The notes: generated by a model from the sequence alone, not told the origin. A DNA stretch of 64,000 bases from Candidatus Nomurabacteria bacterium (GCA_023898625.1 CP060231.1:20258-84257); one strand, 5' to 3'; numbered from the stretch's first letter, positions 38,580 to 48,668 are shown. Program-made: numbers and translations.

Positions 38580-39989
38580 ATGGCTAGCAAACAAAAAGTC
38601 CCAATCATAGCAATAGTTGGCAGAGCCAACGTTGGTAAATCAAGCATCTTCAATGCTATTTTAGGCAAAAGAGAGGCAATTGTAGCAAACGAACCCGGAA
38701 CAACACGTGACAGTATTTTTGCTAAAGCATCATGGAATAACTCTGACTTTTGGCTAGTTGATACAGCAGGAATCAAAGACCCAGAAGATGATTTCGAGTT
38801 CACGATACAAGAGCAGATAACTCAAGCTTCGGATAGTGCTGACGTGATATGGGTAGTAATTGAATCTAATGTCGCCATAACTGAAGACGATCGCAGAGTG
38901 GCTAAGTTAGCCCTCAAAACCCAAAAACCTGTTTTTCTGCTGGTAAACAAAATCGACAAAGCTCCAAAATCTACCATTGATGACTACAGAAAACTTGGAA
39001 TCAAGAATATTCATTTAACTAGCGCAACTCAAAACAGGGGTATTTCAGACCTACTCGAAGACACGACGGCACAAATCCCTAAAAGCACAATCAAAATGGA
39101 TGAAAATAGAATTCGTGTCGCGCTACTAGGTAGACCAAATGTTGGCAAATCACACCTATTTAATGCTCTTGCTAAAAAACAACAAGCAATCGTCGCAGAT
39201 CGTGCAGGCACAACCAGAGATATCAATCGTACAATAATCCGATACAACAATAAAGAGATCGAGTTTATGGATACTGCTGGTATCCGTCGGAGCGGTCGAA
39301 TAGAAAAGGGAATCGAGAAGTTTAGTGTAATACGCTCGATTAGCGCTATTGAACAAGCGGATATTTGCTTGCTCCTTATGGACGCCAACGAGCTCAACAC
39401 TCAGCTAGACCAAAAGATTGCCGGTATGATTAAAGAAGCCGGCAGAGGACTTATTCTAGTTGTCAGTAAATGGGATAGTATTGATAAGGACGCCTATACA
39501 AGAGATAGTCTAGCACCAGAAATAAAGCATAACTTTATCTTTGTCCCTTGGGCTCCATTAATATTTACTAGTGCTGAAACAGGACAAAATGTTACAAAAC
39601 TTTTTGATATTATTTGTGAAATTTCCGAAAACAGACAAAAATCCTACAAAACTACTGAACTTAATCGTTGGCTTAGGCAAGTAATAGATGCCCATCCTCC
39701 AGCAGGGTTAAAAAATCGTATGCCAAAACTAAACTACATCGCACATGAAGAGGGCAACCCCATACCAAGCTTTAAGGTTTTTGGGTCGCACACAAAGTTT
39801 TTGCACTGGAGTTATAAACGCTATATGGAAAGATTATTCAGGGAAAAATATGACTTAACTGGTACGCCATTAAAATTCTGGTACATAGAAAAGCACGAAA
39901 CCCACAAACACAGCCAAAGCCCCACCAAAGAAAAGAACAAGAGAATCCGCCAGTACGAATACAAGAAAACAAACCACAAACAACTATAA
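38580..39989 (+). CDS. der: Ribosome-associated GTPase Der/EngA (tandem GTPase domains + KH-like domain)
   Basis: Two G1 motifs (GRANVGKSSIFN, GRPNVGKSHLFN), two DTAG motifs and NKID/SKWD. Confidence 0.92.
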   Translation: MASKQKVPIIAIVGRANVGKSSIFNAILGKREAIVANEPGTTRDSIFAKASWNNSDFWLVDTAGIKDPEDDFEFTIQEQITQASDSADVIWVVIESNVAITEDDRRVAKLALKTQKPVFLLVNKIDKAPKSTIDDYRKLGIKNIHLTSATQNRGISDLLEDTTAQIPKSTIKMDENRIRVALLGRPNVGKSHLFNALAKKQQAIVADRAGTTRDINRTIIRYNNKEIEFMDTAGIRRSGRIEKGIEKFSVIRSISAIEQADICLLLMDANELNTQLDQKIAGMIKEAGRGLILVVSKWDSIDKDAYTRDSLAPEIKHNFIFVPWAPLIFTSAETGQNVTKLFDIICEISENRQKSYKTTELNRWLRQVIDAHPPAGLKNRMPKLNYIAHEEGNPIPSFKVFGSHTKFLHWSYKRYMERLFREKYDLTGTPLKFWYIEKHETHKHSQSPTKEKNKRIRQYEYKKTNHKQL

Positions 39990-40060
39990 TATTTCATGCT
40001 ATAAGCGTGCCAAATATCAATAATCACCTAGTTAAATCCATGATGAAAACTATTATCCGA

Positions 40061-40368
40061 CATAACTTTTCCACAACTCAGCAACATCTCAGTTGACATA
40101 TGTATGTAAGATACTTATGCTATAGTTATTGTTAGATAATTAAGTCTAAAAGAACAAACATATAAAAAGGAAAACCCATCATGGCAAGAACAACTAAAGT
40201 AGTGAATAAAAGAACTACTAGTAGTAAGAATAGTAATACAAGCAAGAGTAAAGGGTTCTTTGGTAAGAGTTTTGATTTAAAGAGTAGGAAGGTACAGTTC
40301 TTTGTAGTTATTCTTATTGTAGCCATACTTGGTGGGGGATACTTTACGTTGAAGAGTTTTGCGGCGAC
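40061..40368 (+). repeat. Leader-module repeat, copy 2
   Basis: Identical to 20433-20740. The left boundary is exactly the base after the gltX stop codon in copy 1. Confidence 0.9.
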
Positions 40369-40879
40369 ATCAGACAGCTTAATGCTGATACCAGGAGATT
40401 ATGAATTAGTGAGCGCACATTACTTAACCGAAACCGCACCAGGACTTAAAGCAAACAAGACAGTAACAGAATTAAATCCTGGAGGATCAATCATAATAGA
40501 TCCCACATATAGTCCAGGTGCAAAGAAATTACGTGATTTTCTTGATACAGTGTCTGGCCAGCAGGTAGTTATATGTGCTCTAGTAAGAGGCGTTGATGGA
40601 AGTTATCCTGTTAGAATTGGAGCTAAAGGTTTCGGTCCTGATTATAATCTCGTTTCCAAAACTACACCGTCTTTACCTACTAGTGATTATACCAAGGTGT
40701 GTAGCGATTCAATAACAGTAAGTCCTCAGCGAAAGTGGGGATCAGTGAGTATTACTAACTCTGATGGCACTGGAAATTTTATAAATAGTACTGCTCGGGT
40801 AGGCTACGTTACAATAGAACGGGTTATCACCGCTCCGGCCAAGAATTCAACCCCGTCAACACCTCCACCAAAAAAATAG
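40181..40879 (+). CDS. Secreted protein, conserved-leader family member C
   Basis: Identical 63-aa leader and a unique body ending VGYVTIERVITAPAKNSTPSTPPPKK. Confidence 0.75.
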   Translation: MARTTKVVNKRTTSSKNSNTSKSKGFFGKSFDLKSRKVQFFVVILIVAILGGGYFTLKSFAATSDSLMLIPGDYELVSAHYLTETAPGLKANKTVTELNPGGSIIIDPTYSPGAKKLRDFLDTVSGQQVVICALVRGVDGSYPVRIGAKGFGPDYNLVSKTTPSLPTSDYTKVCSDSITVSPQRKWGSVSITNSDGTGNFINSTARVGYVTIERVITAPAKNSTPSTPPPKK

Positions 40880-40965
40880 GAATCTCTCTTGAGGTGCTTC
40901 ACAAATCAGAGTGGCCTAGACCACTCTGATTTTTGTTGATAGACTACTGGCATGAGTTTGTTTCA
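40862..40965 (+). repeat. 3' conserved module (tail codons + terminator + first 14 nt of pth), copy 1
   Basis: 40862-40965 is identical to 46978-47081. It includes atgagtttgtttca (40952-40965), the start of pth as seen at 47068. Confidence 0.9.
40905..40936 (+). terminator. Rho-independent terminator of cassette C
   Basis: ATCAGAGTGG-cctaga-CCACTCTGAT followed by TTTTTG. Confidence 0.8.
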
Positions 40966-41045
40966 TTAAATTACGGCTAAACACAGTTAATAGATTACAA
41001 TTGACCCCCTACAATAGAAGTGTTCAGAATACATTTTAATTAATA

Positions 41046-42785
41046 CTACTTCTTTACCCAAAAGATTACGACAGGAATCGATGCCTCAGTAAATACATGT
41101 TCTTCGGTATAGTTTTTGCGAATAGCTTCAATAGATTCATCAGAAGTATATATAGAGGTTATCACATATCTAGGGTTATCATTCGTGGATACTGCAGGAA
41201 GGCAGTAATAATCTGATAAACTCTCTTTCTCAAGAAATGCATTCATAATAGTTATGGCCCACTCTTTGAAGCGCTCGCTACGTACAAAATTACATTCAAT
41301 CGCCCCTGCCGGAAGTGTGCTACGATTATCTTTTAGATATCCTATAATATGATCAAACGACTCGAATGTAATCATACCTGGCTTATTCCATCCAATATAC
41401 TGCTTTCCATACTGAGCGCCATCAATATGACCATAAGGGAATAACTTCCAGTAACGATACTGTTCGTGAATTGGAATCAATAATAAAACAACGAGCAATA
41501 ATGCCATAAGTGGCTTTTTTAAATCGCTTGGTTTATCTGGAAGTACATATATAAGCGGTAAATAAAAAAACGGCATTATGAATAGCGGGTACCAAGCTAT
41601 GACATATTTTACCTGAATAAAAACTAGTAGATGTAATAGAATTATCAACAGAAATAGGGCATAACTTTTCATAAAGTCCTTCATTTGACGTCGCCAAACA
41701 ATAATTACCAAGGTACACATCATCATAATTCCTGCAAACAATCCAGTCTTGAACCCAATAATTGTAAAAATATCAGAACGGCTTGGATTGATAAAATTGT
41801 CTACTTTATGCCAGATATCCGACCATTTAAAAATATTCTCGATATTTATAAAATTAAGGTGGATTGGCGAAGAAATAAGAGTTGCCACAAAAGCTGTATG
41901 AACGATAACAATCCATTTGTTAATAAAATTCAGTTTGGTTTTATCGGCTTTTCTACGAAAATATTCAAAAATAAAATAGACAACGTAGTAAAGTATAAGA
42001 ACGCATGCCATAAATACTTTAAATACACTAGGTAATGGCAATAAGTTAATCAGCACGATGATTAACGTAAAAGCTATATTGAGATCCTCGTAAGGCAAAC
42101 CCCAGAATTTGTAGCTGTTGTTCTTTAAGAGAGATTGGCGATTTATGTAGGCATCGTAAAGAAAAATAGACACTAAAATAATCGCACTGAAAAAACGTGA
42201 ACCAATTGCTAAACCAGAAACTAAGCCAAAAATTGCAAACTGATTGATTGTGGTTCTTGACGGGGTATTAAAATTGCTTAAATACAGATACAGCATTAAC
42301 GTACCGAGTAATAATGACAGATTATTGCTGGTAGTCATCGTAAAGATCGAGAAGCTAAACAGATAGGCGCTTGATGCCACCAATACAATGCCGTAGAATG
42401 ACTTTACTTTTGATAATGATAGTCTGAATAGTTTGTAAAGAACATAAAGATAGATACAATGTATGATTATATATAAAATTCGTGTTGCGATTAGTGGGTT
42501 ATCCCCCAATGCTAGCAATATTGGAGCAGAAATAACATGCGGAAAACGTGCTTGGTCCGCTCCACTTGCCTTAGAAAAAAATTCATCAACTTGATCAAAG
42601 TCATTAAGAAACATAGCAAAGTCATCGGGCTCATCGGCAAAATACCCAAGTTTCGTTGTAGCAACAACCTTTACAACCAGACCATAAATGCATAGTACTG
42701 CAATAAATAAGATAAGCAAATTTCGTCTATTGATAGAAAATAGTTTCTTAGCTCTAGTAACAGAGTTAGATATTTTTGATCTCAT
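41046..42785 (-). CDS. Polytopic membrane protein, probable GT-C-fold glycosyltransferase (PMT/ArnT-like)
   Basis: 579 aa with more than 10 predicted TM helices and an acidic motif in the first extracytoplasmic loop ([12 protein letters not shown]), as in GT-C enzymes. It overlaps the upstream FAD-protein gene by 20 nt, indicating an operon. Confidence 0.45.
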   Translation of the reverse strand: MRSKISNSVTRAKKLFSINRRNLLILFIAVLCIYGLVVKVVATTKLGYFADEPDDFAMFLNDFDQVDEFFSKASGADQARFPHVISAPILLALGDNPLIATRILYIIIHCIYLYVLYKLFRLSLSKVKSFYGIVLVASSAYLFSFSIFTMTTSNNLSLLLGTLMLYLYLSNFNTPSRTTINQFAIFGLVSGLAIGSRFFSAIILVSIFLYDAYINRQSLLKNNSYKFWGLPYEDLNIAFTLIIVLINLLPLPSVFKVFMACVLILYYVVYFIFEYFRRKADKTKLNFINKWIVIVHTAFVATLISSPIHLNFINIENIFKWSDIWHKVDNFINPSRSDIFTIIGFKTGLFAGIMMMCTLVIIVWRRQMKDFMKSYALFLLIILLHLLVFIQVKYVIAWYPLFIMPFFYLPLIYVLPDKPSDLKKPLMALLLVVLLLIPIHEQYRYWKLFPYGHIDGAQYGKQYIGWNKPGMITFESFDHIIGYLKDNRSTLPAGAIECNFVRSERFKEWAITIMNAFLEKESLSDYYCLPAVSTNDNPRYVITSIYTSDESIEAIRKNYTEEHVFTEASIPVVIFWVKK

Positions 42786-44427
42786 GATAATCTTCTTCTG
42801 TGTTAATATCCCATATGTTCTTTTTATCTAATACGCCATTTATAATATTATAGACAGCCCTCATAGCAGTAAGCATAGAATGGTCTTGGTTATTATATCG
42901 ATGCATGCCATTACGTCCGACTAAAAACAAATTTTGGTATTTATCGAGATATCGTTGCACAACATCGAAATCCCTATATGCACCGAAATAACCCGGATAA
43001 GCCTTTTTAACACGCACCACCACACTATCAATGACATCTTTTTGCTGAACAAATTCCAACTTTTGCAACTCGTTGATTGCAAACTTTTTAATCTGACTAT
43101 CTTTCATTAACCACAAATCATCGCCTTCGTTTACAAAATACTCAAGCCCAAGCCAAATATTCTTTGGGTTTTTAACCAATGCAGGGCTCCAATTATTGAA
43201 TATTTGAACCCTGCCCACTTTTAGGCCAGGTTCTTGAATATATATCCAATTGTCATCAACCAGCCTTCCTCCTACTGAGAGTTTAGTTTGTTTATTAATC
43301 TTTCCAATCAAAACTCCTACTGTTATAAAGTCACGATATTCCAGGCTAGTCGCAATTTTTTTAACTTGTAAAGGAACAGGATTTCCGTTAAAATTTGTAA
43401 CCAAATTTTTTATAGCTACGCTGGAGATAAAATAATCAGCCTTATGTATTGTTTTTTTGTTAGTTTTTTTATCTAAAACGGTAACGCTCTTAATAATTTT
43501 TTGTTTGTTATTCCAACTAACCACTGGTGTATTCAAGTGTATTTCACCACCTTTTTCGCGAATTGTTTCCGCAACACGTTCCCATAACTGCCCAGGTCCA
43601 TATTTTGGGTAGAGGAACTGTTCGATAAGACTTGTCTCAATATTCTTTTGCTGATAGTCCTGTGATTTTAAGAAAGACATGCTAGATTTAAGAGCATGCG
43701 TTAATACTTTGTGAACACTCAGCCCCTTAATGCGTTGCGCGCCCCACTCAGCACTAATCTGATCGCAAGGCACGCCCCAAACTTTTTCTGTATACTCCTT
43801 AAAAAAGGTTTTGTACAGATTGTCTCCAAATCTATTAATTAAAAAATCTTCAAGAGACACTTCGGGTTTACGTGGAAACATTAAGGCTTTAGCATAACTT
43901 ATCCCCGCTAAACACAATTTACTCAGACCCAGATTCCTAAGCGTACGCACATTAAGTGTAAGTGGGTAATCAAAAAACTTGCCATCATAGTATATACGAC
44001 TCTGTCTCCGTCGAATAAGCATAACATTGCCGTTATTGGAATAGGTAAACTTTGTATTGAGTGAAAGTTGTTTTGAATTATTGTGGTAGTTAATTACTGT
44101 GCTTGAGATACCTCTATCTTGCAATGGCAATACTTCATTCCACCAATCCATAACCACGTCAGACTTAGAAAAGAACCTATGTCCACCAATGTCGATCCTA
44201 TTGCCTTTGTAGTTAACTGTCTTTGATATTCCACCTACTTGATTGCTTGATTCAAAAACAACTGGCTTGACACCTGTTTTATTAAGTAGCTCTAACGCCG
44301 CCGTTAAGCCGGCAGGGCCAGCGCCAACTATAACCACCGTCTTATTATTTAACATACCCTCATGCGCTTTCTGGCAATTATTATGACATATCAAAAAAGA
44401 TAAGTCATTATTATCGTAATGGTTCAA
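42766..44427 (-). CDS. FAD/NAD(P)-binding oxidoreductase (amine-oxidase/UDP-galactopyranose-mutase-like fold)
   Basis: The Rossmann dinucleotide motif [17 protein letters not shown] lies near the N-terminus. The likely true start is MLNNKT, ~25 codons downstream of the ORF-track start. Confidence 0.7.
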   Translation of the reverse strand: MNHYDNNDLSFLICHNNCQKAHEGMLNNKTVVIVGAGPAGLTAALELLNKTGVKPVVFESSNQVGGISKTVNYKGNRIDIGGHRFFSKSDVVMDWWNEVLPLQDRGISSTVINYHNNSKQLSLNTKFTYSNNGNVMLIRRRQSRIYYDGKFFDYPLTLNVRTLRNLGLSKLCLAGISYAKALMFPRKPEVSLEDFLINRFGDNLYKTFFKEYTEKVWGVPCDQISAEWGAQRIKGLSVHKVLTHALKSSMSFLKSQDYQQKNIETSLIEQFLYPKYGPGQLWERVAETIREKGGEIHLNTPVVSWNNKQKIIKSVTVLDKKTNKKTIHKADYFISSVAIKNLVTNFNGNPVPLQVKKIATSLEYRDFITVGVLIGKINKQTKLSVGGRLVDDNWIYIQEPGLKVGRVQIFNNWSPALVKNPKNIWLGLEYFVNEGDDLWLMKDSQIKKFAINELQKLEFVQQKDVIDSVVVRVKKAYPGYFGAYRDFDVVQRYLDKYQNLFLVGRNGMHRYNNQDHSMLTAMRAVYNIINGVLDKKNIWDINTEEDYHEIKNI

Positions 44428-44435
44428 TATCTACG

Positions 44436-44541
44436 CACCACCCAAGCTCCTGCTAGCCCAGCTTTAGCAGAGACAATGCATGTATTAGGAAAAGACCTTT
44501 GCCTTAAAAGGATTAGTGAGCAATTGGACTTCTTGAAATAA
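44436..44541 (+). pseudogene. gltX 3'-terminal fragment (last ~34 codons + stop), duplicate of 20327-20432
   Basis: Nucleotide-identical to the end of gltX. It has no upstream gltX sequence and abuts the start of the minus-strand FAD-protein gene. Confidence 0.9.
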
Positions 44542-44574
44542 CATAACTTTTCCACAACTCAGCAACATCTCAGT

Positions 44575-45723
44575 GCATAAGTTCAGAAACATATTGGACT
44601 CCTGAAGGCTAGCGATAGCTAGCTGGGAAGGAGTCTTTTTATGCAACAGATATATACTGAATCATTCTTGAGGGGTTATGCTCGTAAGACTATGAGATCT
44701 ATACAAGACATAACCCAACACCCATATAAACATGTAATTGAGCAAAGACTCAAGATAATTCAGTTCTATGATGATTTCGGGGAACAAGCCACCAGACAAG
44801 CTTTTAGCGTAAGTAGGAGCACTGTGTTCAGCTGGAAGAGGCGTCTAAAGGATAACAATGGCTCACTCAGATGTTTAGCTCCAAAGAGCACTGCACCAAA
44901 ACACAAACGCAAGCGAATGGTAGATATGCGTATTACTAACTTTATTCTAGAACAAAGAAGCTTACACCCTAAGCTAAGTAAAGATAAGCTAGCCGTATTA
45001 CTCAAAGATGAGTGTACAGCTTGGAATCTAAAACCACCTTCGGCATCTACCGTAGGTAGAATCCTCAAAGACCTTAAGTTTCAAGGCCTATTACCAAAAT
45101 ATACCAGGTTAACCGTTTCAGGTGCTACCGGCAAACTACTTGAGAAACAAAGTCGTAAGCCAAGACTCAATAAACAACGCAGGAATGGTTATCAGCCTGA
45201 GCAACCAGGAGATATGCTACAGATAGACACTATTGTTAAGTTTATAAACGGTATACGCCGTTATGTACTTACAGCAGTAGATTACAAAGGTAGATTCGGC
45301 TTTGCCTATGGCTATACTAGCCCCAGTAGTACCAACGCAGCAGACTTCCTGAACAAACTGCAAGCTGTTACCCCATTTGAGATCAGACGAGTGCATCATG
45401 ACAATGGTAGTGAGTTCTACAAACACTTCATAAGAGCCTGTGATGAACGAAACATTGAACAGCTCTGGAACTATCCCAAAAGACCTAAGAATAACGGAAT
45501 GGTTGAAAGATTTAACCGTAGCATCCAAGAAGAGTTTATAGACTGGAACCTAGATAATCTAGCCTATGACCTTGAGGATTTCAATAATTCATTGATGGAC
45601 TGGTGTATATGGTATAACACAAAAAGACCACATTATGGACTTGGTTTAAAAAGTCCAATGCAGTACTTACTAGAAGTGTTACAATTAAGCCAACAGGAGT
45701 CCAGAATGTTATGGACGGATACA
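44575..45723 (+). mobile_element. IS481-family insertion sequence (1149 bp) flanked by a 6-bp direct repeat CTCAGT
   Basis: It interrupts the otherwise identical leader module between the positions equivalent to 20465 and 20466. CTCAGT occurs at 44569-44574 and 45724-45729. The imperfect terminal inverted repeats share ..AACAT..GGACTCCTG. It contains a single DDE transposase ORF. Confidence 0.85.
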
Positions 45724-45732
45724 CTCAGTTGA
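44641..45732 (+). CDS. IS481-family DDE transposase (HTH + rve integrase core)
   Basis: GAAGGAG RBS. DDE candidates are LQIDTIV, HHDNGSEF and NGMVERFNRS, and YNTKRPHYGLGLKSPMQY is present. The ORF runs through the right end of the element, and its TGA (45730-45732) lies in flanking DNA. Confidence 0.88.
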   Translation: MQQIYTESFLRGYARKTMRSIQDITQHPYKHVIEQRLKIIQFYDDFGEQATRQAFSVSRSTVFSWKRRLKDNNGSLRCLAPKSTAPKHKRKRMVDMRITNFILEQRSLHPKLSKDKLAVLLKDECTAWNLKPPSASTVGRILKDLKFQGLLPKYTRLTVSGATGKLLEKQSRKPRLNKQRRNGYQPEQPGDMLQIDTIVKFINGIRRYVLTAVDYKGRFGFAYGYTSPSSTNAADFLNKLQAVTPFEIRRVHHDNGSEFYKHFIRACDERNIEQLWNYPKRPKNNGMVERFNRSIQEEFIDWNLDNLAYDLEDFNNSLMDWCIWYNTKRPHYGLGLKSPMQYLLEVLQLSQQESRMLWTDTLS

Positions 45733-45998
45733 CATATGTATGTAAGATACTTATGCTATAGTTATTGTTAGATAATTAAGTCTAAAAGAACAAACATATA
45801 AAAAGGAAAACCCATCATGGCAAGAACAACTAAAGTAGTGAATAAAAGAACTACTAGTAGTAAGAATAGTAATACAAGCAAGAGTAAAGGGTTCTTTGGT
45901 AAGAGTTTTGATTTAAAGAGTAGGAAGGTACAGTTCTTTGTAGTTATTCTTATTGTAGCCATACTTGGTGGGGGATACTTTACGTTGAAGAGTTTTGC
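45730..45998 (+). repeat. Leader-module repeat, copy 3 (right part; left part is 44436-44574)
   Basis: Identical to 20466-20734. Confidence 0.9.
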
Positions 45999-46995
45999 AT
46001 TTACGCCCTTAACGACTACTATCGATACATACAATGGGAAAATTGCTTTTGAGTCTACTACAGTACTCTCTACAAAGGCAAATCCGTGCATGACTACTGG
46101 TCAATATTTCGATGTCAAAAGAGGAATTCGACATGGTGTTGGTTCAGCAAGATATGAAGAAGAAATATTAACACGATTGACTCTACAAGATAATGGAAAT
46201 GTAGTTTTATACGTAAATAATGTCCCGGTTTGGCACACAGCTACTGCTGGATCGGACGGGATCAAATTTTGTGTGCAAACAGACGGCAATTTAGTGCTCT
46301 ATAACAACACTATGACGCCCGTATGGCACACCGAGACTGCAGGAATGAATACCTTAATAAAGACCGATGGCGTAGAACTAAAAATTCTTACAGGTGGAGA
46401 CGATAATGCAGATTATAGTGGAACAAGTGGCCTTGCTTTATCAGGAGTAGCCGATGGATCCTCGCCATATAGTGGCCAATACTGGACAACGATAAATAGA
46501 AATTCACTTACCTCTGTGCACGAATATTTCACCAAAAATCAGAAGCTAAATTCCTTGAACGGCCAATATACTGCTACGTTACAAAATAATGGAAATTTAA
46601 TTGTAGTGCGAAATACAGACAATAAAATAATTTATAGCACTAATACTTCAGGCTCAGGTGCGATTGCCTTAATCTCCTACAATGGCCACGGTGGGATTTC
46701 TCTATTAGGTAAATCCAGAAATGAGGTCTGGAATTCAGACTACGGCATGAATCAAGGCGATTCTGCACATCTATTGGTAATGCAGGATGATGGAAATCTG
46801 GTTGCCTACGGCTATAAGCTCAATGACAATACCCATACCCGATATCCACTATGGACTAGTAAAGACCAACCCCAACCACCGACACCCCAACCACCGACAC
46901 CCCAACCACCGACACCCCAACCACCATCTGCCAAAAATTCTACACCCCAACCGCCATCTGCCAAAAATTCTACACCCCCTCCACCAAAAAAATAG
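45817..46995 (+). CDS. Secreted tandem bulb-type (B-)lectin protein, conserved-leader family member D
   Basis: Identical 61-aa leader. QxDxNxVxY-type motifs are VQTDGNLVLY and MQDDGNLVAY (perfect) and LQDNGNVVLY and LQNNGNLIVV (near). The C-terminus has PPTPQ x3 and PQPPSAKNST x2 repeats ending PPPPKK. Confidence 0.8.
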   Translation: MARTTKVVNKRTTSSKNSNTSKSKGFFGKSFDLKSRKVQFFVVILIVAILGGGYFTLKSFAFTPLTTTIDTYNGKIAFESTTVLSTKANPCMTTGQYFDVKRGIRHGVGSARYEEEILTRLTLQDNGNVVLYVNNVPVWHTATAGSDGIKFCVQTDGNLVLYNNTMTPVWHTETAGMNTLIKTDGVELKILTGGDDNADYSGTSGLALSGVADGSSPYSGQYWTTINRNSLTSVHEYFTKNQKLNSLNGQYTATLQNNGNLIVVRNTDNKIIYSTNTSGSGAIALISYNGHGGISLLGKSRNEVWNSDYGMNQGDSAHLLVMQDDGNLVAYGYKLNDNTHTRYPLWTSKDQPQPPTPQPPTPQPPTPQPPSAKNSTPQPPSAKNSTPPPPKK

Positions 46996-47020
46996 GAATC
47001 TCTCTTGAGGTGCTTCACAA

Positions 47021-47052
47021 ATCAGAGTGGCCTAGACCACTCTGATTTTTGT
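47021..47052 (+). terminator. Rho-independent terminator of cassette D (identical to 40905-40936)
   Basis: Same hairpin plus T-run. Confidence 0.8.
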
Positions 47053-47067
47053 TGATAGACTACTGGC

Positions 47068-47703
47068 ATGAGTTTGTTTCAAAAAAAGACAGTCGAGCAT
47101 AGCCTTAACTTTAGCTTAAAAGGCTCTAAGCACCTACTTATTGTTGGGCTAGGGAACATCGGCAAAGAATACGACACAACTCGCCATAACATAGGATTTG
47201 ATTGTATTGATGCGTTTAAAGAAACTCAAAGCGAATTCGAGCCTTGGCAAAATAAGAAAGCATTGTTCTGTCAAATGAGTAGCGGAACATTTGGGACAAC
47301 TAAAGTAACATTAATAAAACCATCTACACTCATGAATAATAGTGGTCAGAGCGTTCAAGCAGTGTCTGATTACTTTAAAATTCCTGCTAAAGATACATTT
47401 GTGGTACATGATGATCTAGATATCAACTTTGGTCAAATTCGCACCAGAGTAGGGGGAGGTAGCGCAGGGCACAACGGCATTAAGTCTATTATTTCACATA
47501 TTGGGGATGGCTATGGTCGAGTTAGAGTAGGTATTATGGGTGAAAAGCCAGAGCAAATGGACACTTCAGATTATGTGTTAGCAAAATTTAGTAATCTAGA
47601 GCAAAAAGATATAAGCAAACTGACTCGAGAAGTTTCGAGTATCTTGATCGAGTTAATCTACAGAGGCGAACTTTATCCAGAAACTAGAAATTTTATGTTA
47701 TAA
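47068..47703 (+). CDS. pth: Peptidyl-tRNA hydrolase
   Basis: LIVGLGNIGKEYDTTRHNIGF and HDDLD...GGSAGHNGIKS, Pth family motifs. Confidence 0.9.
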   Translation: MSLFQKKTVEHSLNFSLKGSKHLLIVGLGNIGKEYDTTRHNIGFDCIDAFKETQSEFEPWQNKKALFCQMSSGTFGTTKVTLIKPSTLMNNSGQSVQAVSDYFKIPAKDTFVVHDDLDINFGQIRTRVGGGSAGHNGIKSIISHIGDGYGRVRVGIMGEKPEQMDTSDYVLAKFSNLEQKDISKLTREVSSILIELIYRGELYPETRNFML

Positions 47704-48280
47704 GTTCAAGCCCTGGCTGTTTAATGTCAAGTATTAATAAACTCCTCTCGTCAGATCCGATTCCTAAATGAAAAACCTGTTTAAGGCTACGCTCGGAAAC
47801 GTTACTATGTAAATTTTGCCTGATAACTATCACATCTCCCTGACCATATGTTGTTAAGAACTTTGGGTATTCTGTAAACTCGCTAAAAGTATCATCATCT
47901 GCACCAAAAAAAGCAGAATTTCCATCAAAAGGTATTAAAGCGGATACCCCTGTTAGTGTAGATTGGTCTATATGCGAAATCGGTTTTGGGTCGTCACTAG
48001 TAAAAGGTGCGAGCGTTTCCGTACTTACATCCACATAAGTACGATCTTCAAAACGCGCAGAATCAAGCCTTAACACCTCAAATAACCCTCTTACTTCAGG
48101 AATATATTCTTGTAGTAGCATTAAGCTTAGAGGAGTACCATTATTTAACTTTTCCAGACTCTCATCGCTTATTACTTCACTAAATTTAACAACACAATTG
48201 ACTACACAACTTAATATTGCACTATCTGTAAATGTGTCATACTCTGACGCAAATTCAGCCTTATATACATCTTTTCGCAT
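47693..48280 (-). CDS. Hypothetical acidic protein
   Basis: 195-aa ORF with no TM helix and no recognisable motif. Its start lies ~20 nt downstream of the ncRNA terminator. Confidence 0.4.
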   Translation of the reverse strand: MRKDVYKAEFASEYDTFTDSAILSCVVNCVVKFSEVISDESLEKLNNGTPLSLMLLQEYIPEVRGLFEVLRLDSARFEDRTYVDVSTETLAPFTSDDPKPISHIDQSTLTGVSALIPFDGNSAFFGADDDTFSEFTEYPKFLTTYGQGDVIVIRQNLHSNVSERSLKQVFHLGIGSDERSLLILDIKQPGLELIT

Positions 48281-48302
48281 AGTAAGTAACTCTTCTTATA
48301 AC

Positions 48303-48668
48303 AAAAAACGGCCTACAGAGGGGGTGGGCACCGCTGTAAGCCGATTTCTGGACTCAAACACAAATCATATGCTTAAGTCTCAAAAAACACCCTTCAACCC
48401 ACCCCAGCGAAACATCAGCGTACAACTCCACTAGGTACCTGTGTCTCTTAGTTGCAAGCAACCAAGAACCGTTTAGGCTCACTTTGAAAAACGGGTTTAG
48501 TTAAAGGGGTTAGTCTGTTTTAGAGCGTTACCATAAGGTAAAGCTAAATAAGTGGAGGGTAACAACTTAACTAGCGCGCTCTAAAACAATCTAACGTAAT
48601 ATCTTGGATAACCAAGATGTTAGAATGGGGGTATAAGGTACGTAAAATCCTAAAACAGGACTTACGGG
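48303..48668 (-). ncRNA. Orphan structured RNA, ~365 nt, with RNase P RNA-like motifs (identity unresolved)
   Basis: Minus-strand promoter: TTGACA (48702-48697), 17-nt spacer, TAAAAT (48679-48674). Terminator: GGCUUACAG-15nt-CUGUAGGCC + U6 (48342-48303). The internal structure is dense, e.g. an 11-bp GUUUUAGAGCG/CGCUCUAAAAC helix (48587-48517) and UCUAAC-AUCUUGG-UUAU-CCAAGAU-..-GUUAGA. GUAAGUCC (48665-48658) and GGCUUAC (48342-48336) could form a P4-like helix with a bulged U. AUAUGAUUUG...CCAGAAAUCGGCUUAC resembles CR-IV/CR-V spacing. No P1-P3 equivalents were found. Confidence 0.5.

Noticed and set aside
20327-44574. 24-kb segment bracketed by direct repeats of the gltX 3' end as an integrative mobile element (attL/attR)
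   Set aside because: No integrase or excisionase is present. The segment carries core single-copy-type genes (der, pseudouridine synthase, tRNA-Glu, a two-component system). The repeats are better explained by duplication of the cassette module.
48319-48335. Plus-strand GGGGGTGGGCACCGCT resembling the T-box riboswitch core (GGGUGGNACCGCG)
   Set aside because: It has an extra nucleotide relative to the consensus and no Stem I or specifier features. No aminoacyl-tRNA synthetase lies downstream on that strand, and the associated hairpin is weaker on the plus strand (a C-A mismatch versus G-U on the minus strand).
48517-48587. GTTTTAGAGC... string resembling the start of the type II-A CRISPR repeat/sgRNA scaffold
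   Set aside because: It occurs once, together with its inverted complement. There is no repeat-spacer array and no cas gene in the window. It is one arm of an 11-bp helix inside the candidate structured RNA.
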